A stretch of DNA of 64,000 nt from contig JAQFVV010000002.1 of the NCBI GenBank assembly GCA_028023455.1, forward strand, positions 13,888,001-13,952,000, given 5' to 3'. Below are positions 1 through 15,399 of this stretch, one piece after another. The DNA is from Epiperipatus broadwayi (taxonomy: Eukaryota; Animalia; Onychophora). Position 1 is the first letter of the stretch; each line of letters starts with the position of its first letter. A model generated the notes under the pieces. It saw only the letters and a list, made by a program, of their open reading frames with translations. It had not been told where the DNA came from and made no database searches. Both the position numbers and the translations under genes were made by a program.

Positions 1-3000
1 TCAAGGTATAGATCCAGGATAGTGTCATATTTTCAAGTAATACACACATTAAATAATTTCATCAATAGTTTTCATTTTTTTCACATATTTGTCAAATCCT
101 TATGTTTAAGTTTTTTTCTTTCCTTAATTGGGAATCTTTGCACTATATAAAATAATATTCTAAATATTTATTTTTTTTAATTTTAACTTTATGGTCCTAG
201 TTTTAATTTCGAACTATCATAAACTGGCCCTTCTCAAATTTTATTAAAACATGTTTGACCATTATAATTTTCACTAATTTTTTACTTAGACCTTTCATCA
301 TCAGTAATTTTATAAAAATAGAAATGGAAAATATATATTTTCTTTTTATTTTCATATCTTTTCATCATTATTGCTTTAGTTTCATTTATTGTCATTCTAA
401 TTCTCCAACAAATTTTATCATTTCTATTTATTTCATTTTCATTATCTGTAAATATTGGCATTATTGTAAATATGTTGTTATGTTTCATTCAATTTTGACT
501 TCTTTGTCAAGGTCACTTTTTCGATTTTATTAATATGAATATTTAACAAAACTGCAAAAAGCAAGCCTGTGTTACACCACTAACTATTATTTGCTGAATG
601 ATCATTTTAATCTTAAAGGATATCATAATATACACACAAATTTACTATACACTTTTGTGTTTTTGTTTTGAATATTCAACAAAATAATCTAATTCATATT
701 AGTAGACACTGTTTTTTAGACTAATGAAAAATACTCCCCCACCCCAACATTTCTTTAATGCTTATCACACATTTCAATTGTATTTCTGCCACATTAAAGT
801 CTTTATTTGTGAGTGCTTACAATTAAAAGCTTGGGATGACATTTATTTAGTATACTGTTGAAAGAACATTAAATTTATTTGATAGAAATATGAAATTATG
901 TATTTTGTGTGCAACTTTAAAATTAATTTGTGCGTCTATAACATAGTGCATGTTTGAGTTTTCTGTTAATGTTGAATTATAAAATAACTCCATTTACATT
1001 TGATAAAGTTAATTTAAAATTATATTTATCATTTTAAACATCTTTTTCCTCCTTTGATACTTAAAATTAAAAAAATATATATAATTATATTTTTTTATGT
1101 ATACATATTTTTAAATACATGGCCAATTTTAAAATAGTCATTTCTTATTTAGTGCATAATTTCATAGTATAGTTTTGTTAATGACTTTTTTTTTCACTCA
1201 AGGGATAATGACTCATTTTACCCATGTTAAAATTTATAGTAGTAATACATTAAGGCCTAATATGATTAATAAAATGTATTCGTTATATAATCTATTGTAG
1301 TTTACATTGATACATGTATTTAGGTGTAATCACAGCATCTATCCTTGTAAAAAAACAAAACAATTATTTATGGCAGAAAATAAATACATGTAAAAGTACA
1401 TATAAAATTAATTGCTATATATGCTGCATATTTATATTGTAATGAAAACTAAAATCTAACTATAAACTAAACTTACATTCCCTAATAAAAATTCACAAAT
1501 TACTTTTAGATCTGCTTTCTTGCAAGATAATATTCAGCCGTGGCTTTATGTATACTAATTGACTCATCATGCTTTTTAATGCTGTACATTTTTTTTGCCT
1601 AAATCTGATGGACCATAGTTTGCTGACAGTAAATTCCTTTGCAGGTACAGCATTTGTAACAAGTGTTTTACTAAAAAAAATTTCTTTAATAATGTTTTGG
1701 CTTTTTCACAAATACCTTATTAACATGATCAACTGCCATCGGGTTTTAAATTCATATTAGAAAAAGGGTTTCCATTTGTTCTGTATTGTTATAATATAAA
1801 TTGTTCAAGCTGGAACCTCTTTTCTCTATCTTTGTAAATTCATTTACTCATACTGTACCATTTACAGTGTTCTATTTTAGAAGTGATCTTTTTCTATTTA
1901 ATTATTGATCAGTTTTTTGACTTTTTTTTTTTTGCTCATAATACAAATTACCATTTTAATGTATATAAAAAGAATTAAAAAAAAAAATACAGATGAATAA
2001 ATTGCAAAAGATAAACCAAAATAAGCCCACAAAATATTATAAAGATATATTACGCTTTACACAAACTTGAAAGACTTTGATATCAATCAATAGATTTTAT
2101 TATAACATTTGCTTTTTCAGCCAACATCATTTGTTGATTTGGGAATCTATGTTTAGCACTTAAATTTCTTTTATTTTTATCATAATTTCACTTCACATAC
2201 ATAAATTATAAACCATTACTATCTTTATTAAAATAAAATGCTAAAACAATGTGTGTCTTTCCAAAAACAAAATGAATAAATAAATAAAATTACTTAATAT
2301 GTAATAATTTTTGAAAACAACTTATTTATAAAAGAATTTTGTACTATATATTGCATAATGTATATATTTAAAACTATGAAAGCAGTACTGCTATTAGTTG
2401 ATTCGTATTTAGATAGATGTTCTGGATTGTGAGTTTTTTATGCTTTCAAAATTGTATTGTCATCTATCTCATTTAAGATTTTTTTATTTTTATTAGGCTA
2501 TTGTATGAGCTATATTATTTTTTCTAGCTTTGTGAACTGCTGAAATTTGGTTAAAAATTCAGATTTTTTTTTGATAATAAATGATATTTCAGTATGAACA
2601 GAATTTTCATTTTTCAGGTGATAAAAATATGCTTTTACTGCATTTTTTTCTTAAAACAGCAATTTTGTATTGAGTTTATTGAAATATAATGACGACCAGT
2701 GTCATCCATTATATATAAAACAGCTTGAGTTTGAACTTTCCACAAAACATTAATTGCAACTCAATTATATTATTATAATACATAACATTATAATAAATTA
2801 CTGCATTAACAACAATTACAAGAAAAATTTGTTAATGCATATAGTGTAGTTTTATTCATAGTAGATAATGTAGCACTGATTATATTTGTTTATATTTTTG
2901 CAGACTCACAAGTGAGAAAATTGAGCTTAGATGTTAAAAGTTATTGGATTTTAGGTAGCTAAATTAATGATATTGCACATTTACTATTGTGCTTTTTTTA

Positions 3001-5600
3001 TGCTGTATTAAAATAGCTTAATAAGATTTTTTCACATTGCCTTTTTTTTATTGTGTTTAACTTAGCATGTTGAAGGTAATTAGTGATTGCTGTTGAAGTT
3101 GCCACTTGTTCAGCATTGTTATTTTATATTGGTATGCATTTCTCATTAATATCAGTGCATATATAGTTATTATTTATTCATAATAAAAGAAGGGAAAAAT
3201 TTTTGCACCCCAAAATTTGTAAGCTGCTTTTAAAATGTTTTTCAGTTTTGAATGTGTTATTAATCTACGTTTCCATTTAAATTTATAATTCAAGACTATT
3301 TTTAGATCTATCTTTTAGATTTAAGGTTAGGATACTGTTTTAGATTTAATGTTATTTTAAGTGTACTTGAATTTTAGACTTTCAGAAATTCTTTTCAGCA
3401 TAGAGTTATGTTTTTCTTCTAAGAAAAAAGAAAGCAAATCTTTGTATTTTATATTTGCCTATTATGCAGAGATGACTTATTTATAATATATTTGAAATAA
3501 GTATTATGTGCGGAATTTTTTAATAATTTATTATTTATTTATCTTTGTCTTTTTCTTATCTGTAAATGTTCTAAATAATAAAAATGATAACATTACAATT
3601 AATTGCAAGTACTTTATGATAGTAAATCACTTATTGCATTTTGATTTACAAGTGTCAAAGTTACTCCATCCATAACTTTGACGACATGATCTGCTCTGTA
3701 TGAATACATGAATTATTATCATTAATTATTTATTAAACTATAGTTTATCTCTACTCCAAATATTTAAAGATTAATATATGTGTGTTTATGTTAAACACAC
3801 ACACGGAATAATTCAACATCATTTCTATTTTTCCATGTGTAATATCTTTTATAGATGTTCTTAACCTGGAATGGAGGTTATTAAGTATATCTGTAAATCA
3901 AGTATTTATTTTTTTAAAAAGGAAAGGGTATAAAAAAAAATAATTTTATTTATTTACAGTACTTTTGAGAATCATATAAAGATATAAATACACATCATCA
4001 ATTGTCTAGCATTTTATCTAATACCAGATGTATTCGGTCTATGAAGGCCGTGGTTTTTTAATTGGTTGGTTTAACAAATTTTTTTTGCTTTGCAGAGGCT
4101 TTGAATAAAATGCTCGTAGTCAAATTAAGCTTCTAAATTAAAATTTAACTTTTTGAATATACCTGTTATATTTGATATGTGAATTTGATGGCATTATAAA
4201 AACTTAATGACGGAATTACTTCCTTTGTGTAAAATATTCTTCATAATGCTGATAAATGTAATAGTTTTTTAAATTGGTTATGAATTTGAAACGTGACGGC
4301 CTTATGAACAAACGTACATTCACCAATCAGACAACAGAGAAAATAGGGATTTTATTTATCTAATATAATTAAATAAAATATAAAAAATATGTGTAGACAG
4401 ATATAACAAATTACACTTACATAATAATAAACTATTAAATTTATAAGTATAGGATTTAAAGCATTCATTCATAAGTGCGTGTATCCAATCTAATTCCAGA
4501 AAGTAAAAACAAAAATGGTAATGGCAGAAAAAAAAAAAAAATGAAGTAGCTAATTCTGTTGTCTATTTATTTGATATACTATGATGCCCTCTTTTAAGGT
4601 TTTTTTGTAGCAAATTCTATTGTATTCTATTTTTTTATTTTTATTTTCCCAATGAAAGGAATCAACACCACACTTTGTTAGAATATTTTTTGAGGTAATA
4701 TTTATAATTCAAATCAGACCCCCCTCCAACCCCAACATGAAGTTCACCCCCCCCTTTCATTAAAAGTCTCACAAACAATAGATTAAATTATAACACAACT
4801 AGTAAGCTGAAGAATATTGTTCCGTGCTACATTTCCATGTAATAAATTAGACACTGACAATCCTATACACAATTAATTTAGTTATAATAGTTATATCACT
4901 ATGAGAAAATATATCTTCTTTTCTTTGATAAATGCAGCAGCTGCATATCCCTATTTGTGTTCCTATCTAAAAAGTTATCAAGATATTTGAATTAATTTAT
5001 TTTCCCAAGTTGATAAATATCCAAAATAGAAGTTGCTGAACCAGTCTTTACAGATTGTAGTCAAAGCATTAAAAAACTTTATAGATTATTTTTGAATTGG
5101 CAAGAATAGCGTAATCATCAGTATATGATAAAAATTTAAAAGCTAAAAAATTCTAAATTCTTGTTCTTGCTTTAAATCAATTCAATTTTAAAATTTTACC
5201 CATCAAACTCATATTTTGATAACTTTTTCCTCATTGCATCATGTATAAACTATAATGTGCTTATACTTCAATGAGCAATTACTAATTTCAAGTATTATTA
5301 TAAATCTTTTCAAATGTCTTGAACAAAGCAGTGAAAGTAATATATTATGATGAAATATTTGTTGTTTTAAATTATTTCATCTAAATTCTTTGCCATACAT
5401 TGGTATGTCATTTTATGTGATGGAATAAATGAAAACAAGAGATCATCCTCTGATGACTAAATCATATATTGGTCTGTCATTTTATATTATGGATATAAAG
5501 TTGAAATCATCAGACAAATAGTGCTTGTGAGAAACACCGGTTTCCACACTTGCATGGAACACAATTGAAATACCCCACATTTGGGAATCCTAATTTATAC

Positions 5601-5658
5601 ATGTTCATAGGAGCTAATGAAGTCTTTTAATGTTCATAGGAGCTAATGAAGTTTTTTA
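5601..5658. repeat. 29-bp direct tandem duplication
   Basis: atgttcataggagctaatgaagt(c/t)tttta occurs twice back to back. Confidence 0.85.
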
Positions 5659-6146
5659 ATTGCTCTAACTTTTTTGATAGGCTATCTTTATTAATCCTTG
5701 CTACCATTTCAACATCACATCTAGCTCATATCACTGATTATTTCACTCGGACTTTAGAGCATAATTTTTTGATTGTGATCAATACGGATATATAATTCAA
5801 TATAGAAATGTATTGTAGAGAATAAAGATTCTATCTGACACAAAACTTTAATTGAGCAAAAGTTTAATACTATGTAATAGATAAAATTCCTCAATGTAGC
5901 AAATATAATTCATCACAAAATACATTATTAGTAGTAGCTGATAATCTACTCACATACATTTCTCTGGTATATAAATTCTTAGGAGAATAAAAATAGTTAA
6001 ATATGCAATTAAAATATACTGATTTTATAATGGAAATTGAAGTGTAGTTACATGGATAATTTTATAATAAAATGAATCTTATATATAAATGCCTGTATTT
6101 TAATATAATACTCTGTACACGTTATGTTGCCCACAGACTTATTTAA

Positions 6147-6316
6147 GAGGACATAGTTTAATATCGTAATCAAACCCGAAATAATTATTACCGCTTTGAT
6201 AAAAATACTAAATTATTTATATTTTATGAGATATAACTATCGATAACTCCAAAATTATACATTTTAATTCATACGCTTTCTTGATTCATTAATTTCCAAC
6301 TATAACTATGGCCCCC
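6147..6316. mobile_element. Small MITE-like element flanked by TTAA (Kolobok- or piggyBac-type target site)
   Basis: TTAA|gaggacatagtt ... aactatggccccc|TTAA: imperfect terminal inverted repeats between TTAA at 6143-6146 and 6317-6320. Confidence 0.4.
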
Positions 6317-9300
6317 TTAAACACACCGAGGCCTAAAGTTGCGGCGCCAAATTCAAATAACTGGTTATACCCTCACTTCCAGGAAATATAAAATAATAAT
6401 AATAAAATGGAACTAGCTTAGATAAATAGTTATGCTCAGCTAAAATGCATCTAATCGATAATAAAGATATTCTTTGTTAATGTCTATTGTTTAACTAGCT
6501 CTAACTAATAAGAAATAAAAATATGGTTCGGTTTTATAAACTAAATAAATCAATATTTATTAACCTTTTGACTGTTTGACTCGTTCTTAATCGAGGCAAT
6601 TTTTGATACATATTCGTAAATTCGTTTTTAATCGAGTAAATTTGACATCGCTGTAAATTGCTTAGTTTTTGGACTACGTTTACGGTTTTAACGTCATTTT
6701 TTAGAACGCAAAAAGTTTTATAATATACTGCCATCTATTGAATTATTTTACAAGTAAAAAATCAATTAATTGATGATTTATGTCAAACAAAAACTAAGCA
6801 CTGCCTTTTCACATCTTTTCTTGAATCTTATTGGCTGTTGAAATTTTGTAAACAAAAGAAAATGGAAAAGCTCCGCCTTCTCATCATCTTTTCTTGAATC
6901 TTATTGGCTGTTAAAATTTTTATATGGCTGCCAAAAATTAAAAATTTACGAACGCTTTTGTTTTATTTTGAAAATGATAAACGAATGTTTTAGAGCATTT
7001 TAAAAATATTTTTTGATGAAATACAAATAAAATACAAATTATTTTCATATAATATGTCAAAAATAAATATTATTTTACAAAAATAGTTACGATTTTAGCA
7101 AGAATTATTTATTTATTGCAAAGTCGGGAAAAAAATCATAACGTGAAATTATGATTGCGTTTCTTTTCATGTCAACCGTAACAAATATTTTTAAAATTAA
7201 AAATCAAAATTTATTTTTGAAAAATTTCGTTTATTTTTATAATGTGAGAAATTACTAATATACTTTTTAAAAAAATAAAGTGAATATATTTAAAAAGTAA
7301 TAATTTTGAAAATTGATAATTATTTTGTATAGTAATTAAAAGTTGAGTGATAAAGAAGAAAAGGAAAAAGGTTAAATCATGAGACCATGAAGTGAGATAC
7401 AAATGGTAATATGAATTACGTTGAGCCAATATCCACAGGATACCACCTCAATGGCATAAGAATACTATCCCCCCTATTATTGCAAATAATAAATTTATAG
7501 CATTCTTATGACTTTAACAATAATTAATTAATTAAGATAATACTGCTAAAAAAAATTTAATTTTTGTTAACTACATTCGTTTTAAAACCTAATTAAATAT
7601 TTTATAATAGCTAATTTTATATTGTATCTTGTGATAGACAAATAAACATTTTCAATTCTATAGTACTATTTTAAAGCAATTTTGAAACTTTATTAACAAG
7701 AAAACTTGTAAGAACACATGTATGAATATTTACATGTCACATGACTTAAAACTCAAGACATAACCTGTATCAATTTCTGTCTGGAAATAAAATAAATGTT
7801 TAATTGCAGAAAATATTATATTAAAGAATAATGATATAATAATATAATTTAGAATAATAATTTTGATACTATAAAATTAAATACACCTTTCTCCACCACA
7901 AATACTACTTTTTTAAATAAATAATTTTAAATACAATTATTAAATATAATTTTCATTTATAAATATACTATTTATTTAATTGTAGATTATTGCTTTTAAA
8001 ATTCAGCTTTTAATACTTATTTAATACATAATTTTATTATGGCCAGCTTTTCCAACCATATAAAATTACATTATTTAGCTTTAATTGTCTTTAATATATT
8101 TAGCATAATTTTATGCATTAAATATTCTCATTTTACTTTAACTAAGCTTTTAAAAAGTCTGTCATCATAACATAGTAATCATACCAATAGAATACATCTT
8201 TGGTTTAAAATTTTTTAGAAAATTGACACAATAAATTTATTTAGACCTAAAGAAAAGGACGATATTATATTGGAATGTACTTTGATTTTGTGAATGCATA
8301 ATGAAATTAAAATGAATCATAAAGCAAATGATGCAACAGTAGCAATTATTTTGTGTATTACATATATCCATGCAACGTGTGATGGTTTTAATCACTGGAA
8401 AGTACCTTTAAAATATGTCAATTTGTACTCTTGTGATTAGTATTACCATCAAAGTATTCTTCTTATGTAGCTATATAATAATTTGGACAATGTTCCTACT
8501 TCTAGAAGCAAATTAGAAATGGATATACTTAATATTCCTTCTAATACAGAAATAATATCTTTCACATATTTGTGTAAAATAAGCAACATCTCTTTTACTT
8601 AAATTCTGCTGGTTTTTAAATTATAGTGATGACATTGAGTAGAGGTGTCAGGTAATAACTTGTTTTTTTTACAACCAAAATAAGTTTTAGTTATGAAGCT
8701 TTATGTTCATTGCTTTTTTCAGTAATTAGTAATTAGCCATTATAGTATCATTAGTTTCATTGCTAGCTCAATAGCAAGTATATTAATGCTAGTTATTATA
8801 GAAATATGATTTGATTTCATTATATGTTATGTATTAAGTGTATTAAGAGGACTATCATTCTTTATTAACTGATGATTGTTTAGATCAGCTGAGGTATTTT
8901 GAATCTAATAAAAAGTTTAAAGGAGTTGGTATAATATTTATATTGAACCTGGTCCGAGGAAGAGCTTTACTCTTGCTGGGCTTAAATGGGTTAACACCTT
9001 TTATAATAACTTTAAAAACATGGGCCGGACCAGCCCTTCAAGCAGAAAAGTAAAATACCATTGATAGATAAACCATCAACAATACCTATAACCAGATCAA
9101 GGCTACACAAAGCATAACCTAAGATCGCATTTCCAGGCTATGCACTTCTTGTCTGCTAGATTAAAACCCCTGCCATCCAAAGCATTTTATTTGTTTTGAG
9201 GATGAACCTCAGGTGACAGCTAACCATAGTTATATAGTCAGCATGCTTCAGATGATAGACACACAATCCAGCGCTTGAAATATCCCTTCACTAGGTCATA

Positions 9301-10530
9301 TTCTTAAATCAGGGTCCAGCACATTCATTTAACACATAAAACAAAGTAACTATGCACTTAAATTACTGGTAATGCAGTGACAAGAGAGAAAGAGAATAGA
9401 GCAAATACTATTTAAGCAAACATTAATATTTATTTGCGCACACATATATTTTACACTAACTATAAAAAAATTTTACATAAGAAAATTTTAAATGATTACT
9501 TTCAGGCTGTAGTTATAATAGTATTTCATTAATTAATAAAGAGTATGGACTGTGATCAGAATATATTTAAAAGTATCTTTATCTAGGTTTTCATGATTGT
9601 CAGTTTCGAACCTGTTGGCTTTTTTATTATCATTGATGGTTTCAGAGCTTGTTTTCCATTCTTGTCTTGATAATGGGAGAGTTTTTGGCAGCGTCTACTT
9701 CACCATTTTGGCATTAGTTTCCAGTGAGGGTTCAGGCAGTGACAGTTGATTTACGGAGGACTCTGGGTCCTGAAGCCAGTCAAATACTTTTAAAGGCAAT
9801 TTAGCAAACATTTTTGCTAGATCTGCGGCTTCTGCATGCAATAATATTTTGTGTTAGACTTCTGGATCTCTGTAGCAATGAATAATAAAATGCACAAAAT
9901 GAAGACCGGACTGAATTTGATCACAAAATGAAGACCGGAATGAAAGATGGTGATAACTTTATACCCTTCTCTGTCATTGTTTTAATTTCTTATCATTATT
10001 TCAATTTTGATCATAACTTGAATGTTTGTTTTTAATTAATTTTTACATTTTGTTAATGTACTCGATTTTTACATTACACGTTAATCTAATCTTTTGCTTA
10101 GATTAATCTGTCTTGCCGATAAGATAGTTTACAATTTGTAGTTATTAGAATTATTGATTTCAACTTATTATCAGCTAGAAATCCTTTGAAGTAATTATGC
10201 TTGCGAAAGTTTTCTTTTACAAACAAAATTTCGTATTAACGTTCTATATTTACTTATTTGTTCTTTAAAAAGAGGAAGAAAAACAAGTTTTAAATGTTTT
10301 CTAATTCTATTTTAGATTTCTCCCCACCCCGTTCTCTTTTTTTAAAAAAATATAAACGCAATTTTATTTTACAAAATTGCATTTTAAAAATCTGAAAACA
10401 AAAGAAAACTACTCTAAAACATATTATACTTTTTTTCTTAATAAATCTGATCATTTATTTTTAAATGAAAAACATGTAATGTGACTATATATATGCTCCT
10501 GGCAACATATATTTTTTGTTCGCATTACAT

Positions 10531-12900
10531 TGTCATCATCATCATCATCATCAACCATTATCAATCCATTGCAGGATGGTCTCTCCAAGTTCAAACCATC
10601 TCCAATCTTTAGCTTCTCCACATCATCCCTGCACCCTTTTTTATTTCATCCACCCATCTCATATGTGGTCTCTTTCTTAGTCGTTTACAATCTCTTGGAA
10701 TCCAGTTTAAGATTTCAATTGTTCATCTATTATCATCTGTTCTAGCAATATGTCCAGCCCAACTCCACTTCAGTCTTTTAATTTTTTCAATAAGGTCAGT
10801 AACACCTGTTTGTTCTCTTACTCATATATTGCTTTTTCGATCTCTTCTTGTTACTTCTAACATGCATCTCTCTATACTTCTTTGAGTGGTCTGAAGTCTC
10901 TGTATTGCTCTTCTATTAGGTGTCTAAGTCTCAGACCCATAAGTAAGAACTGGTAAAACCCATTTATTAAAAACCTTTTTTTTTTCAAACCCATAGGCAT
11001 GTTTTCTTTTAGTATCAAGCTATTGCTACCAAAAGCACCCCAAACAAGTTTAATTCTATGATTAATTTCATCCATTATATTTCCATCTGTATTAATAATC
11101 TGACCAAGATATTTGTAGCTGTTAACTACTTCTAACTCATCATAACCAATCTTTATTTTCATATTTTGAGAAAATCCATTGAACATTACTTTAGTCTTTT
11201 TAACATTTATCTTTAGTCCTACTTTCATCTGATAACTCCTGCAACATTTCCTGCAGCTCTAAAGCATTATTTGCAAAAACAACTACATCATCTACAAAAT
11301 CTAAATGACTTAAATTATCTCCATTTACTTTTCACTTCTTTAGCTTCCCATTTTAATCCACAAAATACTTCTTGCAGCACTGCTGTAAAAAGTTTTGGAG
11401 ATATGGAGTCACCCTATCTTACACCCTTCTCAATGTTGACTTTCCTTGTATCATTATGTAATCTAATTGTTGCTGTTGCATTTTTATAAATATTCTTTAA
11501 AATATGACATTATCCTGGATCTATACATTGATGATCCAATGCTTTTTATAGAATCAAATGCCCTACAAATCCAAAGCATAATAGCAACTTATATTCATTT
11601 GTCCATTCTATAACTTCTCTCAATACCTGGATATGATCTATTGTATTAAAATCACTTTTAAATTCAGCTTGTTCTCTTGGTTGGTGGAAATCCAATGTTT
11701 TGTGTAGATGAGTTGTAATTATCTTGGTAAAAAATTTTGTATAAAGCTGATAAAAGACTGATAGGTCTGTAATTCTAATATCTTCTTTATCACCTTTTTT
11801 AAATATTAATATTAATACTGCATTTTTCCAATGATATGGCACATCTTTATCATTTATACATTTGGTATATAACTTAGCTAAAAAAATTTATATTTTTTCA
11901 CCTGCTTCTTTTAATATATCAATTATAATTCCATCCTTACCTGGAGCCTTTCCTTTCTTCATAAATTTAATTGCATGTCTCACTTCTTCATTTAAAATTC
12001 TGGGCAATTTGAAGATATAATAGATATAGGAAATACTTGTTTTTTTATTACTATATAATTCTTGATAGAAATCTTCTACCCATTTCATGGTCTCATCTCT
12101 CTTTTTAGTAATAGTTCCATCTTTTTTCCTTATTGCAGATATAAATTTCCTACCAAAACCAAAATGTTGTTTTACACTCTTGAGTCTTTTATTTTCTTCT
12201 ACAGCTTTCCTTGCTAGTTTACAGTTATACTTTCTTATATTGTTTTCAACTCTTTTCCGTACCATTTTACAGAATTCGAGGTATTCAATCTTTTTTAATG
12301 CATCATTTTTGTATATTTTCACATTCCTTCTTTTTTTCATAAATTCTCTGGTCTCGTAGAAATTTTATTGGTCAATTGCTGCTTTTTTCTACCAGCTATC
12401 TTTGTTGCAGTTTTTAAAAGTATATCAGTTATATTCTTATTAATTTCATTCAAACCTGAATCATGTTCAGAATCTACTAATACTTGAAACTGATTTGTAA
12501 GTTCTAATCTAAATTCATTAGAGTGTTTCTAAAGATTAGGAATATCAACTGTAAATATTGTTTTTCTTATTAATGTTTGTCTCTCTAGTTTTGCATTAAC
12601 ACATATCTTACATCTTACTAATCGATGATCACTTCCTGTGTTAAATTTTCTAAGAACATTACAATCTTGAAATATGTATTTTCTGTTAGTCAAAATATAA
12701 TCCAATTCTGCTGTATCTTCATTTGGATGTTTCCATGTCCATTTCCTTTTAACATTTTTCTCAAAAAAATAATTCATAATATAAAGTTTTCCTTTTTTTG
12801 CAAACTCCACAAGTCTATGACCTCTCTCGTTTCTATTACCATAACCAAAATTACCTACAGCACTTTCATCTTTTATTTGTTTACCAATTCTAGCATTAAA
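10531..12900 (-). mobile_element. RTE-clade LINE, 5'-truncated, frameshifted (APE C-terminus + RT + (GAT)n tail)
   Basis: Minus-strand ORF fragments with SDHRLVRCKI (APE), APGKDGI, WKNAVLILIFKKGDKEDI, YKYLGQII (RT). (TCA)n at 10533-10552 is the trinucleotide 3' tail typical of RTEs. Confidence 0.9.
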
Positions 12901-13709
12901 CATTATGTATGTTAAGGTATTTAGAAATTTCTTTACAATTAATAAGTGCAGATTTAATAAAATCAATATACGATAGCTAGATATGTATATTTTTCATCCT
13001 ATACTTCTGATATCTTTGTATTCTCTTCATTAATAATCTTGACAAGGTTGGTTAATATCTTTGTTTTTATTTTGCTTAGCATTTTTCTCTAATTGTTTTG
13101 TTTGAGTGGTAGCATTACAGGATATGGATAAGTGATCATAATTATATTCAATAGCTGAATACCACTTCAAATTAAGAAGAAAATATTAATCACAAACAAC
13201 TATGCTGAAAATCATTAATTGTAAAATGCTATCATGAGGCTTGTCAGATCCAAAGCATTTAACTCATTAAAGACAGATTGAAGAGTGTTTTCCAGCAGTT
13301 TTTGTATATTAAAAGTAAATGAAAGGTATTTACAGACATAGTACAAAGAAACTTTATATAAAAGAAAAATACAAAACTGCAAGAAATACCAATGGGATTT
13401 GATTACTGCAGACTATAAATTAAGAAATTAATGAAAGTAAGTTAGAACTTTACTGCAATATTTTATTTCAGGAGAAAACTATTTATTATTCAGACAAAAG
13501 ACTCGATATTAAATACTGTGGCTTCTATTGTCAATAAGAATATTCTTAGGATTGTCATTGGATATAATGTTAGAATGAACATTTAGTTTCAATTCAATTT
13601 CAGTCACCCATTTAACATTACTGTAATAATAACTTAGATACTATCAACTTAAAGTGGTTGTCAGGTGCAAACATAAATTCACAAAAATTTAATGCAGGGA
13701 AAATATATA

Positions 13710-14615
13710 CGAGGGAGAACCCAAAAATAATCTGAATTGTTCTCTGGTTTGTGTGCTGTTGTAATATATTCTTCTGCTGTTACTTCTTGCAGGAACACTT
13801 CTGCATCAATCTGCCAAATGACTTCACCGTGTCAAATTGTGGAGCTACGTAGCACATTTTTTTGTAAAGTGCATTTTGTGTATTGTCGATTTTTTTTTTT
13901 AATGACAGAAAAGTTCCGAACTATGTGAAATTCTGTTTTTGTTTACAGAAAATAACAATGAAAACAGTTAAATGCTTGAAACAGATTATAAGCAAAGCTA
14001 ATCTCATAAAACACAAATTTATGATTGGTTTGATTGAAATGTTAAATTCATCACGTCCCTAAAAAGCTTTGCAGGTGAAGTTCAAAGTCAAAATGCTGAC
14101 CTTTTTTATGCAAACGACATATTTTCTCTCAGATTTAGTTTGTAACAGTCAGGCATTTTATCTGCAAGTTTTGAAACATTTATGTGATGCGGTAAAACAT
14201 AAGCATCCTGTTTTGTGGCAAAGAAAAGAATGCCGGTTCCACCCCAACAAAGTGTTAAAAGTGTTATCTTTCAAAGTCTTGACTGTGAAGCACTTTTTAA
14301 CTAAATTCACCATGACCCAACTTACCTAGCAGCCATATTCGCTCGATCTTGCTTCTTGTGATTTTTTTTTTTTGATTTCTTGAATGAAAAAATATCTTTT
14401 TTTTTTTTGCGGACTTAGAAGTGGTGGAAGAAAATGATGAAGGCATTAGGCATTACTTTGCAAGTATTTCTGAAGTACTTTGTAAAATGTAAAACATGTT
14501 TAGATTGGTGTATTGCATCAAATGGATAGTAATTTAAAAGATATTAGATTTATGAGACTTAAAATTAAATAAATTTTTTATTATAAAATTCCGGTTATTT
14601 TTGTGTTCCCCCTTG
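13710..14615 (+). mobile_element. Internally deleted mariner DNA transposon
   Basis: TA|CGAGGGAGAACCCAAAAATAATCTGAATT and AATTCCGGTTATTTTTGTGTTCCCCCTTG|TA form ~29-bp imperfect TIRs with TA TSD. A degenerate PYSPDLAPCDFFLF motif lies at ~14333-14375. Confidence 0.85.
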
Positions 14616-15399
14616 TACTTTTAGTGATTAATGGCTAGAATGCTAAAGTTGAAAATAAAAAAAGGGGAAATGTTTTTAGGAAGAAATTGAAAGCAAGAAA
14701 ATGGACAATTATCAATCTGTAAATTTAATTATTTTTTTATAAATAGCAATATTTTTTTTTTTGCAGCAAGAGCATTGTGTATACATACAAACAATATTGG
14801 CTAAAGTTTACAGGAATCATATTGAATTGAATATGATCTTGGGCAACAACAGTGGATAGTAAAATATAAACTAAGAACACGTTGTGAAACAGATGAATTA
14901 TTAATATGTAAATTTTGAATGAAGCTGAAAAAAGAACTACAAGATTGTCCTACATATTAAATATAACTTGAAGAACATACTCATTGCTTTAAGAATGATA
15001 TCAGAAATCACTTTTATATTTACAACATGGATGATGAAAATGAAAAAATAATTAAAGAAGCTTCTGAGAAAAATTCAAATAACATGAAACAAGTAGCAAA
15101 ATCAAAATAGAAAGTCAGAAAATGCAATCGTAATTGTGGAGATGAAATGGCAAAATTTTAAAGTTTTTTAAAAGAACTGATTAGAAAATTGCATAGTACA
15201 TCAGGAATCGTTATTAAATCAATATTTGCTAAGACACTGAAAATGAAAACCAGCTTGTAAAAACAAGTGGTACTATTTTCAGACATTCACGACATCAAAA
15301 GAAAGATTCCATCATAAATAGATTTACTGACAAATACCAATGATCAAATTATAACTGAAGTAACAAAGAACAAAAGATATAAGGAATATACATAAGTGA

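Noticed and set aside
2904-2954. Possible 51-nt phase 1-1 cassette exon (DSQVRKLSLDVKSYWIL) upstream of the first ANKHD1 exon in the window
   Set aside because: The acceptor is reasonable and the phase fits, but the donor (gtagct) is weak, there is no similarity to Mask proteins, and such site pairs arise often by chance in AT-rich introns.
255-7429. Short ORFs from the track (255-533, 282-488, 1569-1760, 6534-6734, 7211-7429) and similar F/I/L/K-rich ORFs elsewhere
   Set aside because: Their composition simply mirrors AT-rich intron DNA, with no recognisable motifs or splice context.
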